From Octopus vulgaris (taxonomy: Eukaryota): a stretch of 64,000 nt of DNA. The notes under the pieces were generated by a model. The model saw nothing but the letters and a program-made list of their open reading frames with translations. It made no database searches and was not told the origin of the DNA. Position 1 is the stretch's first letter. Each line of letters begins with the position of its first letter. Made by a program: the position numbers and the translations under genes. The DNA lies in NCBI GenBank assembly GCA_951406725.2, contig OX597827.1:29264001-29328000 (forward strand). Direction: 5' to 3'. Below are positions 38,764-52,711 of the stretch, piece by piece.

Positions 38764-40335
38764 TCTCTTATTATAAAAGGCAGATTTTATCTGCCTCCCT
38801 TTGGGAGTTATACAAATCTACAATATAGGATTTCTTCAATTACAATTTACCTAGCATTTTTAAGAGTACAATGCCTCGCGTCATGCCAGGTCCAGTTTTT
38901 AAAATTTAAACTCCAATTAAGCAAAATTTACAGAAAACTCACATTCTGGTGTGTGTGTCAAATGCTTTTCTTAGTCTGGTTTACACCACACGCAAACGCA
39001 CACACACAGTGTGCAACGAATAAAATGAAAGTAAATAGCGACAGAGTGATTTGAGGAAGACTAAACTGAAAGTATTTAAACCACTACTCAAAAAATAAAA
39101 AAACACAGCAAACAGAAACAAATAAATACATAACCATTTACAACTCACAGAATTTCTTCAATTAGAATTTACCTAAGATTTTTCAGAGTACTTCAGTGGG
39201 TGATGCCATAAAACATTTCTTTCAATTTTACCACCAATTAAGACAAAATTCGAGAAAACTCAATATCTTAACATATCACTCCGAAAGCATTGATGTACAT
39301 GTGTGCGTGCGTGAGTGTGTGTGTGTCATTCCTCACACACACGCATACACATACATATACAACTACATACAACTACATACACATACAACTACATACAAAC
39401 ACGTGTGTGTTTGTTATTAGTAAAAAAAGGCGCCAAAACTCAACTCACTTATCATTCCAACACATTTGCAAAGACACACGGACGGACAGAAAAGGTAAAT
39501 TGGTTTTTATTTTACTCTGTATATATTTTATTATATAATATTATATATAGATATATGTATATATAATTGCAGTATGAAACAGTGTTTATGTATAAACAGA
39601 CGACACTTATATATAGTTACCAAGCCGCCCGAATTTACCTATTCATATTTAAATGAGAATATCAGAGCAAATCTCTTTAGTACATTCGTGAAAACACGTA
39701 TTATACTTCGTAAACACTTCAACTACAGTTTTGTACAAAAATCGAAGTGTAATTTTAATTCCGTGAATTATGGGAGATTTTTTTCCGAAATTTGTTCCTA
39801 TTGTGTTTTCAAAATTTGTAATTCTGACAAAAAATGGATACGAATTTCATTATATTATATCAAGCAGCGAGTCAGAATTCGAAGGATTTTCTACTGAAGA
39901 CCTTCATAAATCTAACTCTATGACTGAAAAAAAAAAAGCATCTTTATATAAGAGTGAAGTTGTGTGTCTGTCTCCTACGATTTAGATTCCTAACTACTCC
40001 CACATTTTGCGGTGCAGTTTAACCAAAAGCGGGTATCTTATAGTCGTGATTCATATCGAGCCCTTCTGGGTATTAGCGTGCGTCTACGATGAGTCTACGA
40101 TTTAAAAAAATTTACCATCATATTTTTCCATTTTAATGCATTTTTTTCGCTTTTATATCAGGGAAGTAACTCTCTAAAAATATCTACGATGTGTCAACGA
40201 TTTAAAAAAAAATTTACCTTAATTTTTTTTCAATTTTTAATGCATTTTTTTGCTATTTTTTGGCTATAACTCTCTAAAAATGCTTATATAATTATTTCCC
40301 TTACAAACCCGAGCAACGCCGGGCGATACTGCTAG
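38764..40335 (+). mobile_element. Composite non-autonomous Helitron(s): 5' TC starts at 38764 and 39941, one 3' end
   Basis: A|TCTCTTATTATAAAAG and A|TCTTTATATAAGAG. 3' end CCCGAGCAACGCCGGGCGATACTGCTAG|T. The last ~130 bp match the 24311 element. Confidence 0.7.
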
Positions 40336-41121
<786 letters not shown>

Positions 41122-41327
41122 CCTGACACCCTCTTCGGTCACGACACAGACCATGGATTGGACCTAGAATGTTACCTTTCCAGGCACAAGTCCGGGCAAG
41201 GTTGCTTCAGTTTTTAATAATGTTATATTTCTTCACTAATATGCATGCAATGCCTTATATAATAGAACTGTATATTAACAAATCAATGTAGATAAAGAAG
41301 GCTAGTTCATCAGATCATCAGCACTTC

Positions 41328-41710
41328 ATGCTTACACTAATGCTTCAGTGGAGGCGCAATGGCCCAGTGGTTAAGGCAGGGGAATCGCGGTCATAAGATC
41401 GCGGTTTCGATTCCCCGACCGGGCGTTGTGAGCGAGAGCACCTAAATCTCCACGATGCTCCGGTAGGAGGTGGTGGCGAACCTTGCTGTACTTTTTCACC
41501 ACAACTTTGACTCTTCCTGTTTCTGTTGTACCTGTATTTCAAAGGGCCAGCATTGTCACACTTTGTGTCACGCTGAATCTCCCCAAGAATTACATTAAGT
41601 GTACACGTGTCTGTGGAGTGCTCAGCCACTTGCACGTTACTTTCACGAGCAGGCTGTTCCGTTGATCGGATCAACTGGAACCCTCGTTGTCGTAGCCGAC
41701 GAGTTCCACG
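41328..41710 (+). mobile_element. SINE-C with the same 20-nt 5' leader
   Basis: Homologous to 36783-37150. Confidence 0.88.
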
Positions 41711-41777
41711 AAAGCTTCAAGTCTTGGGATGAAAGTATTTAAGCGAAGAGGTTGATTCAGTTGAAAGATCTAATCCC

Positions 41778-41816
<39 letters not shown>

Positions 41817-41950
41817 GAAACAACAATACACCGCCGAACTGGTACTCTTCTTCTAGCAATAGCAGCCAAATCTACCTAAAATCAAACTTGACCGTCTTGG
41901 AAGTAAAACGCAAACTGAACAGTAAGGGCACGGCTATGCCCTCACTGAAC

Positions 41951-42274
41951 CATAGGTTCTCAAAGTGTACGCTATTGCCCCCCGGTGGGCATTGAGACGG
42001 TCCAGGTGGACGCTGGTGCCTAAGGGGGAGGTGGGGAGGTTGCGATAGAGGTAAAGGAGGCGTTGTGAGACAGGCAGGGAATTGGGGGAGGCTATGAATT
42101 TATTACATTATTATAGTATTGTATACAAATTATATAATATATTAAATATCAAATGATCCATAATATATATAAATTAGTAAAATATGAACAATATATTTAT
42201 ACATAAAAATATGGGTGAGGGCACAGAGGGTATTCTGTGGCCATGAGGTGACCCAAATAGTTTGAGAAACTCTG
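41951..42274. mobile_element. hAT (Charlie-like) MITE
   Basis: Imperfect TIRs CATAGGTTCTCAAA ... TTTGAGAAACTCTG; degenerate 8-bp flanks CACTGAAC and ATCTAAAC. Confidence 0.55.
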
Positions 42275-42720
42275 ATCTAAACCTTGAGCGTAGATCACCG
42301 TGATGAGATTTAGACTGCTACCTAACCCCCGAAATCTCTATAGATACATTATGACATTATGAGTTTGATACCTTGTCTCTCTATTCTTATATTCTTGGGC
42401 GCTGAAGTTGTTGATAGATTCTCAAATATTCCAAACGACTTTCTACGGCCCGACTCAATTTTATTCTTTTCTCCATACTGAATATATGTTTGTGGGTATA
42501 TATGTGTGTCTATGTATGTATTTATGTATGAATATTTCCATTTATGGGTGTATTTATGTATTTTCTGAATATATGCTTGTATATATGTAGCATGTCCGTT
42601 AGTAAACAGTTTTAATCTTGTTGATTTTTTAGCTTTTATGAAACGAATCATTTTTCTTTTAATGTTTGTGATTTACACGTACATACACTTATGTGAACAC
42701 CAACACATACATATAAACAC

Positions 42721-42799
<79 letters not shown>

Positions 42800-43489
42800 A
42801 TACATACACGTGCATCAACACCAAGAGAAAGAAAAGAGAGAGGGGGAGAGACAGAGAAACAGAGGGAAAGAGAGACAACTGTATGTTACTGGATTATAGT
42901 TTTTCAGATCGACAATGTCTTTTCATGTCTCCCAAGTGAACTCCATCTTCATTTCAGAACGGAGAGGAAGGACAAAGTCATAAAAGAAAAACAAAATAAA
43001 AATAAGAACGAAAAATACTTCCCTAACAACCGACGTTTGTATTTCGTCGCTCTCTTGTCTCAGCGGTTTTTTCCCTTGCCGTATTAATGATAAATATCAC
43101 CGATAGCTCCGTTCGCAGGTTTGATGTGTTAGGTTTTAGAAGCAGTCTCTCAAGATCTGATCTTTACTTGATACCATTACAATGTCGGTCGGTCATATAA
43201 CGACCACTGTCTTCAGAAAATATGGTGGTTGAGACGATAAAGAGGATATTGTGATAATTCTTTGAACTGTTTAACATGAAGAATTAATGGTGCATTCTTT
43301 GATGAAAGTGACTACTGGAAATGTTTGCTAAAAACACCTTGTTGCACAATGCATTGAAAGAACAGCGTTGAATTTTCGAACCAAATTTATCTTATCAACA
43401 TCGTTTTGTTAGGGACAAATCAATTGTTTGGAAAGAAGTATCGTTTGTTATCTTTCTGTCATTCATCTTAAATCTCACCATCATCACCG

Positions 43490-43541
43490 TCGTCATTATC
43501 ATCATCATCATCATCATCATCATCAGTTTCACAACAACGAC

Positions 43542-43612
<71 letters not shown>

Positions 43613-43658
43613 TAACAATAACAATAACAACAACAATAATGATAATAATAATAATAAC

Positions 43659-43714
<56 letters not shown>

Positions 43715-43746
43715 TGATAATGATGATGATGTTAATGATGATGATG

Positions 43747-43778
<32 letters not shown>

Positions 43779-43800
43779 GATGATGAAGATGATGATGATT
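43490..43800. repeat. Compound (CAT)n/(AAT)n/(GAT)n microsatellite
   Basis: Direct inspection. Confidence 0.95.
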
Positions 43801-44007
43801 TCAAATTTTTGCCAAAAGGGCAGCTTGTGGGGATTGGATTAAGTCGACTACATCGACCCCAGTGCGTAACTAGTACTTATGTAATCGACCCCGAAAGGAT
43901 GAAAAGCAAATTCGACCTCGGCAGAAGTTGGACCTAGATCATAGCGACGGGCGAAATGTTTAGCGGTATTTCACCCGGCGCTCTAACGATTCTGTTAACT
44001 CGCCGCC

Positions 44008-44010
<3 letters not shown>
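43800..44010 (-). mobile_element. SINE-B
   Basis: Consensus match. Confidence 0.8.
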
Positions 44011-44064
<54 letters not shown>

Positions 44065-44067
<3 letters not shown>

Positions 44068-44622
44068 GCCCTGATGCAGTACAATGGTGTGGTTCTCATG
44101 ATATCTGATCTTAACTGATTGGAAGTGTTATCATGTACATTGTTTTGTCTTGGTATAAAAGATGGGCTACAGCAAATATCTTGTGCAATAGCACAGATTT
44201 GCTTGTCAGTTGCTTGACGTTAACCAGTTCAGCATGTCCCTTGGTGGTTGACGATATGTGCATCTCTGATCATGAGCAGAAGTACTTGGGGAACATCATA
44301 GCCATGTGTTGAGAGGAATTATTTGGGGTTTCGATAATTCATTTTTGGAAACATGTGGGTTTTGTTCAACATCCTTAAACAACCATTATTCAGGGACCTT
44401 TTAAGCTGGATGAGCTACTCGACCTGAAGAAAATTCTAATTGGGCCCCAGCTGCAAGGTCAGGCGCTGTTTATCTTGATATGTGATTATCATGTCGCGTA
44501 CTTATGTTTGAGCTGTATGTGCCTGGAGTAACCTTATCAGACAGGTAGTCATGATCGGTATATTGAGCTTCGTATAATTATACCCCTGTGTCACTTTAAT
44601 GACATGCACTGCTCTCTCGCTC
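44065..44622 (+). mobile_element. ~560-bp non-coding interspersed element inserted in (TAA)n
   Basis: Flanked on both sides by (AAT)n. A homologous 3' part at 58260-58472 (minus) also ends in (TAA)n. Confidence 0.75.
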
Positions 44623-44665
<43 letters not shown>

Positions 44666-44671
44666 GGATCA

Positions 44672-44890
44672 AGTCTCAACCTCGGAACTTTCCAGGAAGT
44701 GTCTCATCCCCGGAACTTTCCAGGAAGTCTCATCATCGGAATTTTCCTGGAAGTCCAATCGTCTGGACTTTCCAGTAAATCTCTCATCCTCAGAAGTTTC
44801 CAGGAAGTCCTCGGAATTTTGCAGGAAGTCCCATCGTCGTAACTTTCCAGGAAGTCCCATCCTCGGAGCTTTCCAGGAAATCTCTCATCC
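44672..44890. repeat. Degenerate ~22-30-bp minisatellite (CTCGGAACTTTCCAGGAAGTCTCATC-like, ~8 units)
   Basis: Repeated TTTCCAGGAAG core. Confidence 0.85.
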
Positions 44891-45074
44891 CATACAATTT
44901 TGAAAATATTATGTTCGCAAAAGTTTGGGATGCATTTGATTACACAATCGATTCACAATGGACCGATTTCTATACTGTACAGTTCGTTATATCTAAAAAT
45001 ACTTACGTTATAGAAACACGTGCCGGCCTTTGTATGATGTAATCCTGAATTAAAGATGTGTTACTCATTATTAT

Positions 45075-45215
45075 TTCTTTACTAGTTTTAGCTCGAGAAC
45101 TGCGGTCATGCCGGAGCACCATCATTAAAGTCTTTTGGACAGAAAAAGTGGAATGTTGTTGGTGGAACTCGAACTCACATCTCCTATAAACATGACAGGC
45201 GTTCTACCATTTTCC
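45075..45215 (-). mobile_element. Short SINE-like element: tRNA-like head plus CR1-type 3' tail
   Basis: Minus strand TGGTAGAACGCCTG...GAGTTCGAGTTCC, then GGTGCTCCGGCATGACCGCAG...CTAAAACTAG. Confidence 0.5.
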
Positions 45216-45579
45216 ATTCTTGCTATTGTGATTATAATATACTCTGGAATTTTTCGAAATTCTTCAAAGTGAAATTTGGAATTACTTATCGCACTGAGGG
45301 TATTACCATGGCTGTCAATTCCATTCGCATTTAACGTGTCTCTGACTGTTAACCAACTGAGTACTTAGAGATATTGGTATGTATATATATAATATTAATT
45401 CGAGACAAAACCACTATTTTGCAAATCAAACAAGGAAAGACTTAATCAATACATAAAAAATTGAATATAAAGTAAATAAATCGCCACTACAATTGTTTCC
45501 TGTCTTCAAATGACATTCATCCTAAATCTGATTTTTCCCTGTAAATTTGGATTTATTCCCTAATATTTATTATTATGTA

Positions 45580-45845
45580 TAACCCTATACATACACACGT
45601 CCAGACCCCTCATACGCACTTATACTCTCTCATACACACACACACACACTTATACATACTAATACGTACTAATACATACTAATACATACTAATACATACA
45701 CCAACCCCATACATACGCCTGTCCAGACCTATCCTACGCACTAATACTCTCTCATACACACACACACACACACACACCCTTATACATACTAATACATACA
45801 CCAACCCTATACATACACACGTCCAGACCCCTCCTACGCACTAAT
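45580..45845. repeat. Complex minisatellite (~110-bp unit, ~2.5 copies)
   Basis: AACCCTATACATACACACGTCCAGACC...TACGCAC-like segment repeated three times. Confidence 0.8.
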
Positions 45846-45944
45846 AGGTGATCATTCAACCCTGTTATCAACCCTATTATTTCCCCTTATTTCGCTCTCG
45901 CGTCTCATGTTTGATCTTTGACTTCTGGCCGAAATCAGATCGCC

Positions 45945-46152
45945 ATGTTGATTCGTTAGTTACTGCACGCATTTTTTTCTCTCCTTCTTTCTGTGTTTTT
46001 TTTTCTCTCTGTGTATCTTTCTGTTGAAGAGCGTAGGCTCGAAACGTTAAAGACTTGTTTTATTTATATTTCCTGAGCGCCATACTAATACAATTGTTTG
46101 TTTGTTTTCCACCTGCCTTCGTCTTTTGTCTATTTTCATAAAGCTTCCCGTT
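45945..46152 (+). mobile_element. PLE pseudo-LTR with hammerhead motif (46016-46053), ending at (TA)n
   Basis: TCTTT-CTGTTGA-A-GAGC gtag GCTC-GAAACGTT-AAAGA; near-identical copy at 51376-51583. Confidence 0.7.
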
Positions 46153-46249
46153 ATATATATATATATATATACATAATTAGAAATAGCAGTCGGAGACTGT
46201 TTATTTCTATTTTCTACATATGGGACTCAACATACGACGCATGGTAAAA

Positions 46250-47595
46250 TTTTGGAGGGAATATTTACGAATTCAATTGTCTTCCCGAAAGCCACAATTT
46301 TGAAAGAGCTGGCAGAATACATGCCAGCCATTAAATTTATTTCACGGGGAGTCAAATATGCAACGGTCTGGTTGCTATTTGACTCCCTCCAAGAGGCTTG
46401 CGAATCTGCAAAACGGCTCCTGGAGGGCAAAGAAATTATGGTTCTTCCCAATTATTGTGGGAAGAACTTAATGAGCCCGAGTGGATAGAGGATTCTATCC
46501 GCCGGGGTCTGGGTGGTAACAGTACCAAGCTGCTCAACGTGAAAATTTTGCCTGCGGCTGATTGGGAGGGGTCAAAAGCTATTTTGACCCCAAGTATCAC
46601 CTGTGCCTGGAGACCGGCCACATCAAGAAAAACTTCCCCAAGGACCAAAATAGGATCCTGGAGCAGTTAATAGAGGAATCACTCCCTGGTCCCTCAATGG
46701 AGGGAGAGACGGAGGAGGATGACGAGGAGGTTTCCACCTCCTCGAAAAAATGAAAGCGAAAGGTGGGCAACAGTGGCTGCCCACCGAAGAACCCGAGGGC
46801 TGTGGGAGAAAAGGAGGACCTGCTGGACACAGCAAAGGAACACCATCCTCCCGCGGCCCAAGGGAAAAAGAAAAGAAAAAAGAAAAACGGGACATTGCCG
46901 GCGGTTTGAAACACGCTGCCGGCATGTCCCGATTCTCCTTCGGTGGGTTTGCCGCTGGAGGAAGCATTTGTGGTCCTCTTCCACAAGGGAGGAACTTTGC
47001 AGAATGAAATTTAAAAAATTGAAAGGAAGGGCCGGTGGGAGGGGCTTCTGTCCTGCACGGAGGACCCTGAGTGGCCTTCGCAGGTGGCTGCGGAGGTCTT
47101 ATGGGATAACGATCTGTGCAGGATAATGAATACCTTCCCAGCGGACTCCTTAAGATATATGGCCAAGTGGTCCGGCTTGGAACCGAATAGATGCTTCGAT
47201 GAAGCGAGGAGCCTGGTCGGACAGAAAACTTGAAGTATTGGACGTTTGGACTCAAAAAGAGTCTACAAAATGTAAAATAAATGTGTGAGGATTATTGCCT
47301 CGCGTGTGTGATTTTTTTTTTTTCAATATTGAACTATGTACGAGGTTTATAGCCTCATTGTGCCTCAAAAAGAAAAAATAAGAACTCTGAACTATGTAAG
47401 AGGTTTATCGCCTCGTTGTGTTTTTTATAAAATAAAAAAAGAACAATGTTTTAGAGAAGCGAAAGTCGGCGGGCGCTTTTCGTCTTCTCCCATCCTTATC
47501 ATCCTTGCATCATTATCATTCATCCCATTAATGTCTGTGTCCAGCCCGCAAACTTCTCCCTGTGCGCTGCCCTTGCGGCAAATTAAATGAAATAA
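46250..47595 (+). mobile_element. ORF1-only retroposon, element C (family B copy; 5' truncated, internally deleted)
   Basis: VFPKATILKELAEYMPAIKFISRGVKYATVWLLFDS, HLCLETGHIKKN. Same 3' UTR as B, with TGCC-cttgc-GGCA (47568-47580) and GAAATAA. Confidence 0.88.
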
Positions 47596-47748
47596 GGAAG
47601 ATTGTTTCCCATTCAGGTTACCGGGTTCAGTCCCACAGCGTGGCATCTTCGGAAAATGTCTTCTACTATAGCCTTGGACCAACCGAAGCCTTGTGAATGG
47701 ATTCGGCAGACGGAAACTGAAAGAAGCCTGTCGTGTATGTGTGTGTGT

Positions 47749-47799
<51 letters not shown>

Positions 47800-48019
47800 C
47801 GTGTGTATGTACATGTTTGTGCCTCTGTGTTTGTTCCCCCACCATCGCTTGACACCGATCTTGTGTTTACGTTCCCGTAAGTTAGCGGTTCGGAAAACGA
47901 GCCCGATAGTAAGTGTTAGGCTTACAAAGAATTCGTCCTGGGGTCGATTTGTCCGACTAAAGGCGGTGCTCCAGCATGGCCGCAGTCAAATGACTGAAGC
48001 AAGTAAAAGAATAAAAGAA
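47594..48019 (+). mobile_element. SINE-A lacking only its first ~22 nt (3' flank of element C)
   Basis: AAGGAAGATTGTTTCCC...CCGGGTTCAGTCCCACAGCGTGGC through the tail GGCGGTGCTCCAGCATGGCCGCAG. Confidence 0.88.
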
Positions 48020-48021
48020 TA

Positions 48022-48059
<38 letters not shown>

Positions 48060-48560
48060 TGCGTGTGTGTGTGTGTGTTAGTTTATGTATATCTCTGGAG
48101 GAATGTATGATATCCTAATAAATGACTATGAAAATGATAAACACTTATGAACATCACGTGTATTTCAGCTTATATCCATGATATCATATACATATTTAGC
48201 AGATGTTTATCACTTGGCATGTTTCCAATCTATATCCATAATGAATGTTCTCTATTCTTTTAGACCGCATTAATGATTCATCGGCTCTTTTTTCCGTTTC
48301 GCGCAACAGGAAGGAAACGTAGATTATGGTTTTCTTTTGTTAGGTTTGGATAAAACTCTCTTGTAAAAAAAAAATATTGCGATATCATTTTAATTATTTA
48401 TCAGGCTACGCTGTATTCTACACTCTCACAAACACATGTGTGTTCGGGTATGCTTGTGTGTGTGTGTTTGTCTGAGTGTTTGTCTATGTGTATTTGTGTG
48501 CCCGTTGAATATGACAATGTATTTGAAGAATATTCATGTGTGTTTGTGTTCTGTTTTGCG

Positions 48561-48595
<35 letters not shown>

Positions 48596-49277
48596 CATGA
48601 CAAATTAATTTTTATATTGGAATCATTCCCTTACTATTTTCTTTATGCTTGACAACCGATTATGCTGCATTCTGTTAATTCTGACCAGTTTATCACTATC
48701 AATTAATCTACTCCTTCGTTCATATCATTCCTAAATACAATATTTTCACCAAATCGAAATCATAATTCTAAAATTTGGAGAATCATCAACAGAATAATGA
48801 ATAAAATAAACGGACCGTCAGTTTTCAGCAAGATATTTCGAAAGCATTTAATATATAAACAGAAATCAATTGAAAAGCAGCGAAGGAATAAGAAACCCTC
48901 TCTGCCTGCTTACATATAGTAATTTGCGTTGTTATATAGAGACGAAAGGCAGGTCATGTTTTGGGGGAATGGAAGCGAGAGAAAGAGCAGATCAAGCAAC
49001 TTTAATAAAGAGGCAATAGAGAAGTCTTACGTGATCTCACAGAAAATAAGCGCACAAACTTCCATCGGATTACATTTCACTGTCTTTAAAAGAGGTCACT
49101 TTGTTTAACGTGTCCACCATTTTTGTTTCAGTTTTGTAACTGAAAAAATGGTGGAATCGTCACGTCTGGAATGTTCTTGATCATGGATTTGCTCAGTAGG
49201 TGATGGCTTGCTATTAATATACAGCAATAAATCTTTATCAGTCCCTGAGGTTATACGTTTGAGGTCGATATTTGAGG

Positions 49278-49582
49278 TCCGTGGCCTGGTGGTCAGAGTA
49301 TTCGACTCACGATGGTAAGGTCGACTCCTGGGGGTGCGTAGTGTCCTTGAGCAAGCCACTTGATTCAACATTGCTCCAGTTCACTCAGTTGGCCAAAACG
49401 TGTTGTACTTGTAATTCAAATGGCCAGACTCGTCACATTATCTGTCACGCTGAATTTCCCCGAGAACTACGTTAAGGGTACGTGTCTGTGGAGTACTCGG
49501 CCATTTGCACGTTAATTTCACGAACAGGTTGTTCTGTTGACCGGATCAACAGGAATTCACATCATCGCAAACGACGGAGAAC
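49278..49582 (+). mobile_element. SINE with D-like body and C-type tail
   Basis: GTGGCCTGGTGG head; TTGCTCCAGTTCACTCAG; GAACTACGTTAAGGGTAC tail. Confidence 0.7.
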
Positions 49583-51093
49583 CAGTTTTCATATGATCAA
49601 CAGAAACCTTTCTAAAGGAATAAGACTGTTTTTGTTCTGAAGTACTTATAGAAACCTCGCTTTGGTTTAAAATGCAGTGGAAGATGCAAGACTCACGATG
49701 TTGAAATGCCATCTGTAACCTATAGAACGGACTTATGATCAGTTTTAAGGCCGTCGGCAGAAAAGTCACGGACAGATAAGGAATTGCAGGGGATTACGAA
49801 CGTGAGAAGCAAGAATTGAGACTAGTTATTAGTGAGGGTGACTTACATGCCATGAAGGAGTAGGAGTGATGAGAGAAGAGGAAGACTGTCTTGAATGAAC
49901 TTAAATGGAGATGGTATATAATTTGCTAATTCTGAAAGAGTTCATTGTAAATAGACATTGAACAAGAAATATATATCACGACTTTGGGCGAAAGTGCGTA
50001 GCGTTTTGGTTTGTGATTCTTTGCCAGTTAATCATAGGACATTCTTATGAATGTATTTATTAGTTTGTGTGAGTTGTAGTAGCAGCCCCCAGATTGGCCT
50101 TATGTTTTATATACATGATGTATCTAAACAGAGATTATCTTATATTTATAACCCATTCATTTCAAAGTTAATTTTATGCAAAATTAAAGCGAAAGAGTTT
50201 ATTGAAAATTGTAAGAAATTAAACTGTTTTGTCAATTAAACTCTGTTCTTATATTTGAAGGAGAACTTACATTTTATTGAAAACTACACATCACTTATAC
50301 ACTTTAAGAGACAATCATATTCGACGATAAACACAGTTTGTATTATTGATTTCTGTTTACTACTTAAAATGGTTCTTCGATATTTTCAGCAGAACGAGAA
50401 AGCAAATTATGGTTTTTATGTATAATGGCTTCATCCAGGGTATTGTGACAGTGTGCAGTCACGCTTTACAAGCGGCTTTACCTCCTTGTTGTTCAATAGC
50501 ACAAATGACTAGTGCATAGCCTTACAAGAAATACCGAGCCAACGAAGAAGCCTCTGTGTCGTCGATCGAACTGCTAGAAATAACAGACAAATTCCTTCAA
50601 ACTTCAAATCCCTATAAGCTGATTGTGTAATCATTATGTAGGCTGCTGAGAGAAGAGACTTTATGCAATGACTGTAATACAGTTTATCATAAGTCTGATC
50701 AAGCATGTGTGTCATCAGTCATATTTCTGACTAATGTTCGGTCTACATAATCAATAGTCAAACAGCAATTACTGATCAATCAAACTTTAACTGCAATGGA
50801 CAAACTAGATCAATTGTTAGCAACGGTCAACACCGTGGTTGTGGTATCAGTTTATGCTAAGAGGCATGCGTAGCACATAGATTATTGTGGGATCTCTTTC
50901 AGTGGCGTAAACTCTTCAATTAACACATACGGATCATCACATGCAAGGATCAAACTAGGACTGCAATCGACACCAATGGAAACGTGAATTCATTCAATGA
51001 TTTTTATCCAAGTATACGAACTGTTGCGATAGCAGATTACATTCTACAGGCTGATTCTTGTTTGTCATTTAATACTTTCGATTCCACACTAAA

Positions 51094-51152
<59 letters not shown>

Positions 51153-51254
51153 CACACAAACACACTCATAGATACATCCATACGCACAAACAGTACCACA
51201 GTACTGACCAGGCTCTAGGGTGTTGTAATACACCACTGGTCACAATGTGTTTCG

Positions 51255-51365
51255 AATTCTGTCATTCGTTTTCGTCTTGACCCCCAGTTGCTTGACCAAA
51301 TCGTGTTCCCACCGTCGTCGATGCCTTCCAAGTGGTCTTTTCCGATCTTTTGGAAACTACTTGGC
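51255..51365 (-). mobile_element. RTE-like LINE ORF C-terminal fragment
   Basis: Minus translation PKDRKRPLGRHRRRWEHDL resembles the RTE KRxxGRPxxRW motif. Confidence 0.45.
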
Positions 51366-51375
51366 ATACATATGT

Positions 51376-51581
51376 ATGTTGATTCGTTAGTTACTGCACG
51401 CATTTTTTTTCTCTCCTTCTTTCTGTGTTTTTTTTCTCTCTGTGTATCTTTCTGTTGAAGAGCGTAGGCTCGAAACGTTAAAGACTTGTTTTATTTATAT
51501 TTCCTGAGCGCCATACTAATACAATTGTTTGTTTGTTTCCCACCTGCCTTCGTCTTTTGTCTATTTTCATAAAGCTTCCCG

Positions 51582-51583
<2 letters not shown>
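51376..51583 (+). mobile_element. PLE pseudo-LTR with hammerhead motif (51447-51484), second copy
   Basis: Nearly identical to 45945-46152; followed by (TA)n. Confidence 0.75.
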
Positions 51584-51998
<415 letters not shown>

Positions 51999-52004
51999 GT
52001 ACTA

Positions 52005-52160
52005 CAGGCTTATTTCAGTTTCTGTCAACCAAATCCACTCACAAGACTTTGGTCGACCCGAGTCTATGGCAGAAGCCACTTGTTCAAAGCGCCACGCAAT
52101 GGAACTAAACTAAGAATTATGTGATTTAAAAGCAAGCTTCTTGCCATAGATCTATGGCTG
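52005..52160 (-). mobile_element. SINE-A, degenerate 5' half
   Basis: CCAAATCCACTCACAAG...AGCAAGCTTCTT. Confidence 0.65.
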
Positions 52161-52644
52161 CCACCGATCATTACTGTCGAGTAGACTTTGAGCACACATT
52201 ATATTTCTCATAGAAAGGTTATAGATTGTTTCTTTCCAATGGCAAACGAACACAGCACGACCAAGATGATATTTATGGGGGAATCTCTCAATAAAGATAA
52301 GACATTTATTTCCTCGAAGCTCAACAACACTGATTCGTTTGAATGGATTATTTATAGTTATTTAATTAGCAAATCTCAAATGGGAGTGACAAAGCAGATT
52401 TCGAAAAATTGATTGACCGAAATGAGATTCCTAAAATCTATATCAATTCCTAATGAATATTTTTGGTTGTTTGCAGTCTGAAGATTCTTTATAACTTTTA
52501 TTGTGATTTCGAATGCAAGTTATTAAAACCGCAACTGAAAGTCTGAATCAGATATCGTGCTGTAATTGGTAATTGAAATCATCAAATGACTTATACGTTC
52601 TTCGATCTAATGATAATGACAATAATAATAATAATAATAATAAT

Positions 52645-52711
<67 letters not shown>

